Below, in pieces: positions 1 through 9,898 of a DNA stretch of 64,000 nucleotides; positions within the stretch are counted from its first letter, which is position 1; each line of letters begins with the position of its first letter. The notes beneath the pieces were generated by a model. It was given only the letters and a program-made list of their open reading frames with translations, was not told the DNA's origin and did not search any database. The translations under genes and the position numbers were made by a program. Origin of the DNA: a bacterium (GTDB lineage Bacteria; Zhuqueibacterota; Zhuqueibacteria; Residuimicrobiales; Krinioviventaceae); NCBI GenBank assembly GCA_963674595.2, contig CAXXFV010000023.1:608001-672000 (forward strand). Direction: 5' to 3'.

Positions 1-1
1 C

Positions 2-1030
2 GTTATCCTTAGTGGCATTGTTTCTATCGTGCTGGCTTTGATGGGATTCGGGGTTTGGAGTTTGGTCCTCGGTATGTTGCTAAGGGACGTATGTCTCAGT
101 TTTTCAGTATGGATTGTTATATCCTGGAAGCCGGCATTCCATTTTAAAATTAACGAGTTTAAGGAATTATTCGGTTTCAGTGCTTATGTGTTGGCTAATA
201 ATCTGGCGGTTTATGCCAATACCAATGCAGACGTTTTTATTATCGGAAGGGTTCTTGGCGCCTATTCATTGGGCTTGTATACGGTTGCATTGAATCTTGT
301 AAAGCTGCCTGTTACACGGTTATCCGGTGTTGTATCCAGGGTTGTGTTTCCGGCTTTTTCAAAATTGCAGGATGATACAATCAAATTGAAAACCGGATTT
401 TTAAAATCTATTACCATTATTTCAATGTTTACCTTTCCCATTCTGGCACTTTTGGGGCTCTATTCGGAATTTTTTGTAAATGTTTTTTTGGGTGAAAAAT
501 GGCCGGACCTGGCGCTGCCTTTAACCATTTTAACGCCCATGGCCATGTTAAAATCTGTCGGAACGATCAAGGGCGCCATTATATTGGCAAAAGGCCGTCC
601 GGATATTGAAGTGAAATGGAACCTTTTTTATCTGCCCTTTTTGGTTATCGCCGTTATGTGGGGCGCAAAATATGGTATAGCCGGAGCCGCGTCGGCATTT
701 ACCGTATTGTATATTATAACTTTTCCTGTTATACAAACAATTACAAATCGTTTGATTGATATAACATGGATTGAATTTATTTCTGCTTTAAAATTCAGCC
801 TGATCGCTACTACCGGCCTGGTTGCTCTTTCAATTCCGATGTTGATTTTTATGAAAAATTTCCTCATATTCAGCGATTTGGGCGTACTTATTGTCGGTAT
901 CCCAGTTTCTATAATTATATACTCTGGTCTATATTGGATTTTTGGCAAAAAATTAATACAGGAAGTTTGGAATTTGATCTTTATCAAGAAAACACGTGTA
1001 TATGACTCATTACCGGGGGAAGAGGTTTAA
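2..1030 (+). CDS. wzx: Wzx/WzxC-like polysaccharide flippase (5' end outside window)
   Basis: Frame is open from base 2. Multi-TM protein with PST/WzxC-like motifs (D-x-x-IIGR-x-LG...LGLY, 'VVFPAFSKLQDD', 'FLGEKW'). Confidence 0.85.
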   Translation, partial: VILSGIVSIVLALMGFGVWSLVLGMLLRDVCLSFSVWIVISWKPAFHFKINEFKELFGFSAYVLANNLAVYANTNADVFIIGRVLGAYSLGLYTVALNLVKLPVTRLSGVVSRVVFPAFSKLQDDTIKLKTGFLKSITIISMFTFPILALLGLYSEFFVNVFLGEKWPDLALPLTILTPMAMLKSVGTIKGAIILAKGRPDIEVKWNLFYLPFLVIAVMWGAKYGIAGAASAFTVLYIITFPVIQTITNRLIDITWIEFISALKFSLIATTGLVALSIPMLIFMKNFLIFSDLGVLIVGIPVSIIIYSGLYWIFGKKLIQEVWNLIFIKKTRVYDSLPGEEV

Positions 1031-2142
1031 TGAATATTACTATTATGGGTATTCGCGGAATTCCTGCGAATTATGGTGGATTTGAGACTTTTATTGAAGA
1101 AATTGCTCCGCGTTTGGTCGAAAGAGGGCATAATGTAACAGTATATGGACGTTCCAATTGTATTGATTACAAAGAACCTTTTTACAAGGGCGTTCGAATC
1201 CGGATTTTACCGACGATAAGTCATAAATATTTGGATACGGTTGTTCATACGTTTTTATGTGCTGTCGCCAATTTGTTTCATAAAAGTGATATTGTTTTTA
1301 TTTGTAACAGCGCAAATGCAGCTTTTAGTTTTATTCCAAGATTTAAGGGCACACCGGTTGTGCTGAATGTTGATGGTTTGGAATGGAAACGTAAAAAGTG
1401 GAATGCGTTGGGAAAAGCTTTTTACAAGATTTCCGAATTTTTAGCAACATTTCTTCCAAATACAATTGTTTCTGACGCCAAGGTCGTGCAAAATTATTAT
1501 GCTGATAAATTTGGTAAAAGTTCGGTATATATACCTTATGGTGCTCCAGACCGCAAGGTTACAACAACCGAGGTTTTAGAAAAGTTTAATGTTGGACCCG
1601 GAGAATATATTTTATACGTCAGCCGCATGGAGCCTGAGAATAACGCCCATCGTGTTGTTAAAGCCTTTGAACAGGTAAAAACAGATAAAAAGCTGGTTAT
1701 GGTTGGTGATGCTCCCTATAATTCTGAATATATACAAAACCTAAAGGCCACCAAAGACAAACGGATCATATTTACCGGCTATGTTTTTGGTCAGGGATAT
1801 AAGGAATTTCAAAGCCATGCATACTTTTATGTGCAGGGAACAGAGGTGGGAGGGACGCATCCCGCATTGTTGGAAGGAATGGGATATGGAAATTGTATCC
1901 TTGCTAATGATGTGCCGGAGCATCATGAAGTTATAGAAGATGCCGGATTGATTTTTTCCAAGACAGATGATAATGACCTGGTGGAAAAAATGCAATATTT
2001 GTGTGATCATCCTGATATTGTTACGGAATATGAAAATAAAATTATTCAAAAAGTACATGACCGTTTTTGTTGGGAAAAAGTTACTAAAGATTATGAAGAC
2101 CTTTTTTATAAAGTAACCAGAATTAAAAAACAGAGTATTTAA
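1030..2142 (+). CDS. GT4 glycosyltransferase, DUF1972/WchF-like N-terminus
   Basis: 'GIRGIPANYGGFETF', 'NVDGLEWKRKKW', 'RMEPENN', 'EVGGTHPALLE' motifs. Confidence 0.9.
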   Translation: MNITIMGIRGIPANYGGFETFIEEIAPRLVERGHNVTVYGRSNCIDYKEPFYKGVRIRILPTISHKYLDTVVHTFLCAVANLFHKSDIVFICNSANAAFSFIPRFKGTPVVLNVDGLEWKRKKWNALGKAFYKISEFLATFLPNTIVSDAKVVQNYYADKFGKSSVYIPYGAPDRKVTTTEVLEKFNVGPGEYILYVSRMEPENNAHRVVKAFEQVKTDKKLVMVGDAPYNSEYIQNLKATKDKRIIFTGYVFGQGYKEFQSHAYFYVQGTEVGGTHPALLEGMGYGNCILANDVPEHHEVIEDAGLIFSKTDDNDLVEKMQYLCDHPDIVTEYENKIIQKVHDRFCWEKVTKDYEDLFYKVTRIKKQSI

Positions 2143-2161
2143 ACCTTATCCCCGGAAAATT

Positions 2162-2911
2162 ATGAAAAGACTCCTCATTTTAATACCGGCCTACAATGAA
2201 GCCGTTAATTTACCCCCGGTCCTCAAGGCACTCGATCAGTGCCGTTTAAAAATTAAAAGCCTGGGATGGCAGGTTAATATTCTGGTTATCAACGATGGCT
2301 CTGCCGACCAAACCGCGAATGTTGCAAAAAGTTTTAACGTGGATGTACTTTCTCACCCGGTAAATTTAGGATATGGCGCCGCTTTAAATTCCGGGTTTAA
2401 ATATGCTTTGCAGCATGATTTCGACGCCGCCATCAGCATTGATGCGGACGGACAGCATCAGCCCGAAGATATTCTTAAAATGCTTAAAGTGTTTACTTCT
2501 GAAAATGTTGATGTTGTGTTAGGGTCCCGATTTGTGGAAGATACGGGGTACAAAACACATTGGACCCGGTTGGCCGGAATCAAATTGTTTAGTTGTATGC
2601 TCCGTTTACTGAGCGGCAAGTCCATTAAAGATGTAACAACCGGATTTCAGCTTGTCAATAAAAATATTATTCGTCTGTTTGCAGAAGAATATCCGGTGGA
2701 TTACCCGGATACACAGGTACTTTTACTGCTATCTCTGGCCGGTTTTTCTATTAAGGAAATTCCGGTTAAAGTATTTGCCCGGGAACATGGTCAATCCATG
2801 CATTCGTCAATCGGCGCTTTACTTTATCCTCTGCGCAACTTTTTAGCCATTATTGTAACCATGCTTCGAATTGCTCATATTAAAAATTTAATAAAACTCG
2901 GGGAAATTTAG
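2162..2911 (+). CDS. GT2 polyprenol-phosphate glycosyltransferase (DPM1-like)
   Basis: 'IPAYNE', 'NDGS-D-T', 'NLGYG', 'DADGQH-P', 'GSRF', 'D-TTGF' motifs. Confidence 0.9.
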   Translation: MKRLLILIPAYNEAVNLPPVLKALDQCRLKIKSLGWQVNILVINDGSADQTANVAKSFNVDVLSHPVNLGYGAALNSGFKYALQHDFDAAISIDADGQHQPEDILKMLKVFTSENVDVVLGSRFVEDTGYKTHWTRLAGIKLFSCMLRLLSGKSIKDVTTGFQLVNKNIIRLFAEEYPVDYPDTQVLLLLSLAGFSIKEIPVKVFAREHGQSMHSSIGALLYPLRNFLAIIVTMLRIAHIKNLIKLGEI

Positions 2912-4581
2912 TGCTGAATTTTTCTGATAATAATATAAAAAGAAACTGGATTTTGGTAGGTCTGATTTTTGGACTTGCCGCGTTTCTGAGGTTCTATGGT
3001 ATCGATTTCGGCAGCCCCTTCCGTTATCATGCTGATGAAATAAAACTTGTTTCCCAGGCAGGACGATTACTGGATTCGCATTTTTTCTCAAAAGATGTCT
3101 ATTTTGCTATTGGTGTTTATCCGCCTTTATATACATATATACTGGCAGTGCTGTTTGGAGTCTATATCGGAGTCGGATTGCTTTTTGGCCGTTTTGACTC
3201 TCTGGAACATGTTAAGGCAAGTTATTTCCTGGATCCCTTTCAATATTTTTTATTAGGACGCATATTTGTAGCTATTCTGGGATTATTGTCAATTTGGGTG
3301 CTGTATCTTCTTGTAAAGCGCCTGTATTCACAAAAAATTGCTATCATTTCAATTGCGTTACTTGCTGTTGAATTTGTTCATGTAAGGAATTCTCATTTTA
3401 ATACGGTTGATATTCCTGTAACTTTATTTTCTATTTGTTCTATTTATTTTAGCTCACTCATAATTACGAAACAAAAATCCTTAAAGTATTATATCGGCGC
3501 CGTTTTTTTCGCTTCCTGTGCTGTTGCGGTCAAGTTTAGTGCGTTTTATGTTTTGCTGCCCCTGATTTATGCACATATCTATCATGCTTTTAAGGAAAAT
3601 AGTTTTAAAGCGGTGTTTTCCCGTGAAATATGGATTTCCGGAATCGTTGGTCTATTGGTTTTTCTTATTGCTTGTCCATTGTTTGTTTTGGATTTCAACC
3701 AAACAATGAACGGAATCATTGGTACACAAAAGTTTGAAAAGTATGGTAAAATCGGCAGCGGCGGCAGTCTGTTGTCCTATTGGACCGGTGACCAATCACC
3801 TGGTTTTGGGCCTTTTTACCCCAATAGTATTCCGGAAACATTTGGCTATGTTTTAATGTTTGCAGCAATTGTTGGATTGTTGATACAAATTTTAAAACAT
3901 AAAAAGCAGGATATTCTTTTATTAACTTTTATTCTTCCTACATATCTGTTGTTTGAAAATATGGCTTATAAAGCCATGCGGCATATTTTGCCCATTTTAC
4001 CATTTTTGATGGTAAGCAGCGCTGTGGCAATAACCTGGTTTACGGATCGAATAAAGAATAAAAAAATTGCCAATTTTTTATTAATAGCTTTTGTTGGATT
4101 TAATATTGTTTTTCTTGGTATGAAAAATATAGTATATTTTAATAAACTTGAAAAGACAGACCCGCGAACGGCTGCTTTTTACTGGATTGAGGATAATATT
4201 CCCGAACATTCGAAAATTGTTGTAGAGGCTTTTCCGCCCCCGTTATATTTTTCGGAAACAGATGCTGAACAAAGGTACAAAGTTTATAATAAAGAGTATC
4301 AAATATCTCAACTTAAAATGACAACCCGGAAGCCCAACTTTGCTACAAGTGTCATTCAAATGATCCGGGATGAAGGTCTGGAATACTATATTGAGGATGG
4401 TTTTTCTCACAGTTTTTTTGACTGGAAATATACAAACCAAAAATATCCTCTTGTTGTTAAAGACCGGGAAAGGCTAAAAGAGTGGGTTGTTGCCAATAGC
4501 GAACTGGTCAAATCCTTTGATTCTGAAAATCCGAATATTCAACCCTATATTAAAATTTATAAAATGAATTTGCAAAAATGA
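2911..4581 (+). CDS. GT-C membrane glycosyltransferase (PMT/ArnT-like, GT39/GT83 type)
   Basis: Multi-TM protein with 'LRF-GI-FG-P...HADE' first loop, 'YPPLY', 'SH-NTVD' and a C-terminal soluble domain. GTG start. Confidence 0.8.
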   Translation: MLNFSDNNIKRNWILVGLIFGLAAFLRFYGIDFGSPFRYHADEIKLVSQAGRLLDSHFFSKDVYFAIGVYPPLYTYILAVLFGVYIGVGLLFGRFDSLEHVKASYFLDPFQYFLLGRIFVAILGLLSIWVLYLLVKRLYSQKIAIISIALLAVEFVHVRNSHFNTVDIPVTLFSICSIYFSSLIITKQKSLKYYIGAVFFASCAVAVKFSAFYVLLPLIYAHIYHAFKENSFKAVFSREIWISGIVGLLVFLIACPLFVLDFNQTMNGIIGTQKFEKYGKIGSGGSLLSYWTGDQSPGFGPFYPNSIPETFGYVLMFAAIVGLLIQILKHKKQDILLLTFILPTYLLFENMAYKAMRHILPILPFLMVSSAVAITWFTDRIKNKKIANFLLIAFVGFNIVFLGMKNIVYFNKLEKTDPRTAAFYWIEDNIPEHSKIVVEAFPPPLYFSETDAEQRYKVYNKEYQISQLKMTTRKPNFATSVIQMIRDEGLEYYIEDGFSHSFFDWKYTNQKYPLVVKDRERLKEWVVANSELVKSFDSENPNIQPYIKIYKMNLQK

Positions 4582-6359
4582 TCAAAAAATGTATTAATTT
4601 TTTTATTGAAAAAATATCAAATCGTCGGTTTTTATTACTGCTTCTCAGTGTTGCACTGGTTGTTCGTTTAGTGTATATTTTGACGCTTGAAGACAAATGG
4701 TACTTTTATGATACGGTCCATTATGATACGGCGGCCCAAAGCTTGTTGAACGGTGAAGGATTTGGCAAGAGCCTTCATTTTTTCACATTATATTCGCAAT
4801 ACTGTTTGGAACCTTTATATCCGCTGTTTTTATCATTTATTTATTTTATCTTTGGGCGTAATTTTTTAATTGTACGTATTATTCAGGCTTTGATAAGTGT
4901 TGCCACTGTTTTTCTTCTTTATAAATCGGCCAAAGAATTGGGGAATGAAAAAACAGCCCGCTGGACAGCTATCATAGCTTCCTTTTATCCGTTTTATATT
5001 TTTCTTTCCGGGGTTCTTTATGTGACCCAATTGGGATGTTTTTTTCTGCTGGCTGCTTTTTATGGTTTTGTCCGTTTTTCAAAAACGGCAAGTAAAAAGT
5101 GGCTTTTGTTTGCCTCTTGTTTTTATGCTCTGACTTTACATACACAGCCTGTGCTTTTTCCAAGTGTTTTATTATTTGTCCTGTGGATATTGTTTTACCG
5201 GAAAAGAAAATGGAAAAGAGCCGTTATCGATATTTTTTTATTCGGCTCAGTACTGTTTGTGCTTTTGGTCCCCTGGACAGTCCGTAATTATATTGTATTT
5301 AAGCAAATAACCCCAATGCGGGCGTGTCTGGGCCGTGAAGGTGAGATAGTAAACTCTATAAAGATTAAGTTTGAACGTAATAAAGTAATGACTCAAAACG
5401 TTTTTGCTCACAATAAAATCGGCTTTTATACGTATATGGAAAATAAACGTATGATGATCGACTGTTTTGTTGATGACAGTTATTTTTTAACAATCGGTAC
5501 AAGACAGGAACCGGATTCTCTTTTTCCGTATTTTGGACTGGTTTTTAACGGTGATGAGGCACATTACATAAAAAGCTTTTCTGCCTCTCTGCGTCAAATT
5601 ACCGGTAATGACACGGTCGATACACCTGTGGTCCAATCAGGAAAATCTATGGGTGCTTTTACGGCAACGGACCAAATATTTTTGGAAGATGCTAAAATTC
5701 TCGTAAAAAAAACAGATGAAAAATGGAACAATCGGATTGTTTTTAATACATCCAATAAAACCAATTTTTATGAAATTGTTTTCCCCAATGATATATCTCC
5801 GGCCAATGTGAGAAGGGTGGGGGTACTGTTTTCGCTGAATAAAGCTGACTTGAGTACCAATGGTTATATGGTTTGGCTGCACCCCTGGCTTGAACCGGAT
5901 TTATGGATTTTTAAAGATGGGATGCCATCAAACTCTGTTTATATAAAAAAAATTGTTAAAGGACAGAACCAATCCGGTTTTTCCAGTATAGTACAATTGG
6001 TTGTAAATCATCCGGTTGAATTTTTTCGGGACCACTTTATTCCTGAATTTTTTAAATTCTGGTCTCCTTATATTGATCGAATTTTTACAACTTCTAATGA
6101 ACCTTCTTTGCAGATACAAGTTGTTTCATTTATTTCTCTTTTACCGTTGTTGATTTTTGCCCCTATTGGGTTGTTCAGGCAAAAAAATATCAATATTATA
6201 ATTTTAATATTGATACCGGTTTTAACGACCAGTATCGGATATTCAATTTTTGAAACTCAGGTGAGATATCGACTGGTTTTGGACGGTTTTTTGATATTAC
6301 TGGCTATTCCCGGATTTGAATGCTTTTTACAATTATTTCGAAAAAATTTTAGAGATTAG
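4578..6359 (+). CDS. GT-C membrane glycosyltransferase (ArnT-like) with large extracytoplasmic beta-domain insert
   Basis: 'D---YD--A--L--G-G', 'PLYPLFL', 'PWTVRNY', C-terminal 'RYR' motif. About 190 aa soluble insert between TM blocks. Confidence 0.8.
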   Translation: MIKKCINFFIEKISNRRFLLLLLSVALVVRLVYILTLEDKWYFYDTVHYDTAAQSLLNGEGFGKSLHFFTLYSQYCLEPLYPLFLSFIYFIFGRNFLIVRIIQALISVATVFLLYKSAKELGNEKTARWTAIIASFYPFYIFLSGVLYVTQLGCFFLLAAFYGFVRFSKTASKKWLLFASCFYALTLHTQPVLFPSVLLFVLWILFYRKRKWKRAVIDIFLFGSVLFVLLVPWTVRNYIVFKQITPMRACLGREGEIVNSIKIKFERNKVMTQNVFAHNKIGFYTYMENKRMMIDCFVDDSYFLTIGTRQEPDSLFPYFGLVFNGDEAHYIKSFSASLRQITGNDTVDTPVVQSGKSMGAFTATDQIFLEDAKILVKKTDEKWNNRIVFNTSNKTNFYEIVFPNDISPANVRRVGVLFSLNKADLSTNGYMVWLHPWLEPDLWIFKDGMPSNSVYIKKIVKGQNQSGFSSIVQLVVNHPVEFFRDHFIPEFFKFWSPYIDRIFTTSNEPSLQIQVVSFISLLPLLIFAPIGLFRQKNINIIILILIPVLTTSIGYSIFETQVRYRLVLDGFLILLAIPGFECFLQLFRKNFRD

Positions 6360-6368
6360 GAGAATTTC

Positions 6369-6803
6369 ATGTCACTTGAAATTGGAATTTCCTTAAGGGG
6401 ACGCTTGATATTAATTGCGCTGGGATTGGTTTTTATTTGGTTTATTTTTGCGTTGTTGAAAAAAAGAAAAATCAACGAGCCTATTGCCTTGATCTGGCTG
6501 CTTATTTCTATCGGCTCAATTATCGTTCTTTCCAATAATAAAATGCTTTTGGCTTTTACACATTTACTTGGCGCTAAATATCCGGCTTCTGCGCTGGCTA
6601 TGATCGGATTTTTATTTATCATTTCACTGCTTTTGTATTTTACATTTGAGGTGTCCTGGTTACGGAGCAAGTCAAAAGACCTTATACAACATGTTGCTAT
6701 CCAGCAATTTGAATATGAAAACAAAATTAAAGAATTAGAACAAAAAATATCTATATTATCAAGTAAAATTGAACAAAATACAAATAAAGACCAGGAATCG
6801 TAG
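6369..6803 (+). CDS. DUF2304-family small membrane protein
   Basis: 3 TM segments, 'KKRKI-E--ALIW', 'LLG-KYP', C-terminal 'LIQHVA' coiled coil. Adjacent to a DPM1-like GT2. Confidence 0.8.
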   Translation: MSLEIGISLRGRLILIALGLVFIWFIFALLKKRKINEPIALIWLLISIGSIIVLSNNKMLLAFTHLLGAKYPASALAMIGFLFIISLLLYFTFEVSWLRSKSKDLIQHVAIQQFEYENKIKELEQKISILSSKIEQNTNKDQES

Positions 6804-6850
6804 GTTCTGAAAATTAGAATAAATTGCCAAGGAAAAGTTGAGTAGAAATT

Positions 6851-7597
6851 TTGAAAAATAAAAAAATAACAATTGTCATCCCCGCACTTGACGAAGAAAA
6901 AAACTTGCCGCATTTGATACCGCGTTTTCAAAATGCTGCAAAATCTCTTTTAGAATCCGGATTTCAACCGGAACTGGTTTTGATTGACGATGGCTCTACC
7001 GACCAAACGTCCCGAATTGCCAAAGACCATGGATTTTCTGTCGTATCACACCCATATAATCTTGGCGTGTGCGCGGCATTACAAACCGGCTTTTTATTCG
7101 CCGTACAATCGGATAGTGATTTTCTTATTACCATTGATTCTGACGGGCAGCATAATCCCGAAGATATCAGCCTTTTATTAAAGAACCATTTGGAGCATGA
7201 TGCAGATATTACAATTGGTTCCCGTTTTATTAATGAAACCGGGTATGAAAAACAATTGTCCCGTTATATTGGAATTTTGTTATTTTCATTTATTATTAAA
7301 ATGTTTACCGGGAAAAAAATTCACGATATTACATCCGGATTTCGTGTTTTTAGTAAAAAAGCTATAAAATTTTTAGCCAATCATTTTCCGCAAGATTATC
7401 CGGATGCAGAAATACTCATTCTGCTGGCCCGGTTCGGTTATCGTATACAGGAATTCCCTGTGGGTATGAATGCAAGAGTGCATGGAAAATCCATGCATAA
7501 TTTTTTCACCTCAATAATTTATCCCTTTAAAAATGTCATCGCTATATTTGCCGTACTTTTAAGGATACATTTTATTAAAAAAAGAGAAGAGCAATGA
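6851..7597 (+). CDS. GT2 polyprenol-phosphate glycosyltransferase (DPM1-like), paralog of 2162-2911
   Basis: 'IPALDE', 'DDGSTD-T', 'HPYNLG', 'DSDGQH-P', 'GSRF', 'DYPD', 'GKSMH'. TTG start. Confidence 0.9.
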   Translation: MKNKKITIVIPALDEEKNLPHLIPRFQNAAKSLLESGFQPELVLIDDGSTDQTSRIAKDHGFSVVSHPYNLGVCAALQTGFLFAVQSDSDFLITIDSDGQHNPEDISLLLKNHLEHDADITIGSRFINETGYEKQLSRYIGILLFSFIIKMFTGKKIHDITSGFRVFSKKAIKFLANHFPQDYPDAEILILLARFGYRIQEFPVGMNARVHGKSMHNFFTSIIYPFKNVIAIFAVLLRIHFIKKREEQ

Positions 7598-7998
7598 ATT
7601 ATTTACTGGATGTATCGCATCAAACAAAAATTGTTATTACGATAATTGGATTGGGATTTATCTTTTTTAATATTTGGCTGGTTTATCGTCGCAAACTTTC
7701 CGAAAATATGGCGTTGGGATGGAGTGCCATTACGATTATTTCCGTCACAGTTGTCCTCAGCGGCCCTATACTTTCTCATTTTGTCCGAATAACCGGGATT
7801 AAATCCGGCGCTGTTGCCATATCTATGGCCGCGTTTGCTTTTATTTTTGCCATACTTATTCTTTTTTCCATCAAAATGTCTACATTGACAAATCAGAACC
7901 GAAAATTGGCACAGCAAACAGGTTTGTTGGAACAGAAAATTGATAAACTGGAATTACAGTTAAGCAACCGATTAAATTCCGATCCTGAAATCATGTAA
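7594..7998 (+). CDS. DUF2304-family small membrane protein
   Basis: 3 TM segments, 'RRKLSE--ALGW', 'RKLAQ--GLL' coiled coil. Overlaps the GT2 stop (ATGA). Confidence 0.8.
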   Translation: MNYLLDVSHQTKIVITIIGLGFIFFNIWLVYRRKLSENMALGWSAITIISVTVVLSGPILSHFVRITGIKSGAVAISMAAFAFIFAILILFSIKMSTLTNQNRKLAQQTGLLEQKIDKLELQLSNRLNSDPEIM

Positions 7999-8038
7999 AT
8001 GAACGTTATTTACCGGAATTAGAAATCTGGGATATATA

Positions 8039-8383
8039 ATGAGCATGCAAGAGATTGGCTGTTGCGGGGCTTATTGTAAGACCCGTAAGGAATTTACAAG
8101 AGGGAATTGTCCCGGCTGTAAACTCGGATATACTGAAGGGACAAGAGATATCAATAAGGCAAAATGCAAAATGAAAGTTTGTTGTTTTAAAGAAAAACAA
8201 TTAAATACGTGCGCCGATTGCCGGGATTATCCGTCATGTCCAATCATTCAGACCTGGTTTAACACCTCCGGATACAAGTATAAAAAGTACAAGGAATCAA
8301 TTGAGTATATCAGAAATTTTGGATATGACAGTTTTTTAGCAAAAACTGATCAATGGCAAAATCAATATGGTAAATTGAAATAG
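8039..8383 (+). CDS. DUF3795-like Cys-rich small protein
   Basis: 'IGCCG-YC', 'CPGC', 'C-MK-CC', 'TCADC--YP-C' Cys pattern. Confidence 0.75.
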   Translation: MSMQEIGCCGAYCKTRKEFTRGNCPGCKLGYTEGTRDINKAKCKMKVCCFKEKQLNTCADCRDYPSCPIIQTWFNTSGYKYKKYKESIEYIRNFGYDSFLAKTDQWQNQYGKLK

Positions 8384-8520
8384 TACTTTAAAAAGCAATC
8401 ACAGTTTTCTAATTATGTTTTTTTTAAGATCGGTTAATATTGCTGATTTATAAAATGAGCGTTGTGTGCCTGCTGTTGTAAGTATATTAAAAGACAGACT
8501 TTATAATGAGTTGATTTAAA

Positions 8521-9879
8521 ATGGATATTATTGGAATATTATTCTTTTCGCTTGGTTTATTTATGTCTATCACCCAGGGCTTTATGATGCTGGTTGGGAC
8601 ATTGTCCCATGGAGCGCCCCTTGGTGTTGATGTTTTAATGCCGGTTGATATTCCTATTTATCTTATTCTGTTCCTGGTAAAAGACAAAAGCAAAACCACC
8701 CGATTTAAAAACACTGTCACAACCGGTAAAGTCCTTGGGGTATTGTTTTTCCTGTTGTCCATCTCGGGTGTGTTTTTTGCTGAAGAACCGACGTACGTTC
8801 GGTTCCAGATTGTTCTTTTGGGGCGGGCCATACTGGTTTTTTACTGTCTGGCATCCAGGTTACATGATAAAAAATCCCTGGAAAAATTTGTTATTGGCTT
8901 GTTATTTGGTTTTGGTTTTCAATGTCTGATTGGGTTTTATCAATGGCGAGTTGGTCCTATTTCAATCCCATACCTCGTAACACCATCGAAAAATGTTTCC
9001 GGTACCTTTAATGGTGTTAGAAATGCATTTGCTTTGTATCTTATTACGATATTACCCCTGGTTATACGGGTGGCCTTTTTTACAAAACTTCGTTTCAAAT
9101 GGGCCTGGTATGGAATAACCGTAATGGGGTTGGGATGCCTGTTTGCAACATTTACCCGTGGTGCATGGCTGGGTTTTGTTTTTTCAATGGCTTTGTTTTT
9201 TAGCAAAGATTTATTTGCTTCGCGTATGCCGATTCGGCAAAAGATTTATTTTGTGTCGGTCACGATACTTGTCATTCTGGTTATGACATTTCGATACGGA
9301 GGGCACATTACTCAACGAATGTCCGATTCTTCTGAAACATTAAAAGGTGATAAAAAGGAGAGCCGGATAAATTTGGCCAAGGATGCCATACGGGTGTTTA
9401 AACTTCATCCACTGCTTGGTGTTGGAATGGAAAATTATCGCTACCATTCCGATAAATCCATCCCCGGTCTTCGCATTGTTCACAATGCCTATTTATTGAT
9501 AGCCGCCGAACAGGGTGTTTTTAGTATTGTCATATTTTTAATATTACATGGACTGGTATTTTTTCGGGGATTAGCATTACTTGAAGCAAAAGATACTTTT
9601 ATATATCAGGTAGGCTCGGCAACCCTGACTAGTTTTGTCTCTGTTATGATTTATCACATGATTGCGCCCGATTATCGTTTAAATGGCGTGATTACGCATC
9701 ATTGGCGAATTCCGGGGATGATCCTTGGTTTGCTGGTATGTATGGCGTTAAGTGAAAAAGTATCAAAGAGAAAGACTGCCAAACTTGCAGGGAAAAAAGC
9801 GCCTGTGCTTCCACCTGACTCTGACACAAGCAGCTCTTCTGAAAATAATACAACTCACAATAATTTTGGTACGTGGTAA
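8521..9879 (+). CDS. O-antigen ligase/Wzy_C-family membrane protein
   Basis: Multi-TM protein with 'TFTRGAW', 'SR..L...A', 'HPLLGVG--NY', 'VHNAYL--AAE-G' motifs. Confidence 0.85.
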   Translation: MDIIGILFFSLGLFMSITQGFMMLVGTLSHGAPLGVDVLMPVDIPIYLILFLVKDKSKTTRFKNTVTTGKVLGVLFFLLSISGVFFAEEPTYVRFQIVLLGRAILVFYCLASRLHDKKSLEKFVIGLLFGFGFQCLIGFYQWRVGPISIPYLVTPSKNVSGTFNGVRNAFALYLITILPLVIRVAFFTKLRFKWAWYGITVMGLGCLFATFTRGAWLGFVFSMALFFSKDLFASRMPIRQKIYFVSVTILVILVMTFRYGGHITQRMSDSSETLKGDKKESRINLAKDAIRVFKLHPLLGVGMENYRYHSDKSIPGLRIVHNAYLLIAAEQGVFSIVIFLILHGLVFFRGLALLEAKDTFIYQVGSATLTSFVSVMIYHMIAPDYRLNGVITHHWRIPGMILGLLVCMALSEKVSKRKTAKLAGKKAPVLPPDSDTSSSSENNTTHNNFGTW

Positions 9880-9898
9880 TTTTATCTAATTAATATTT

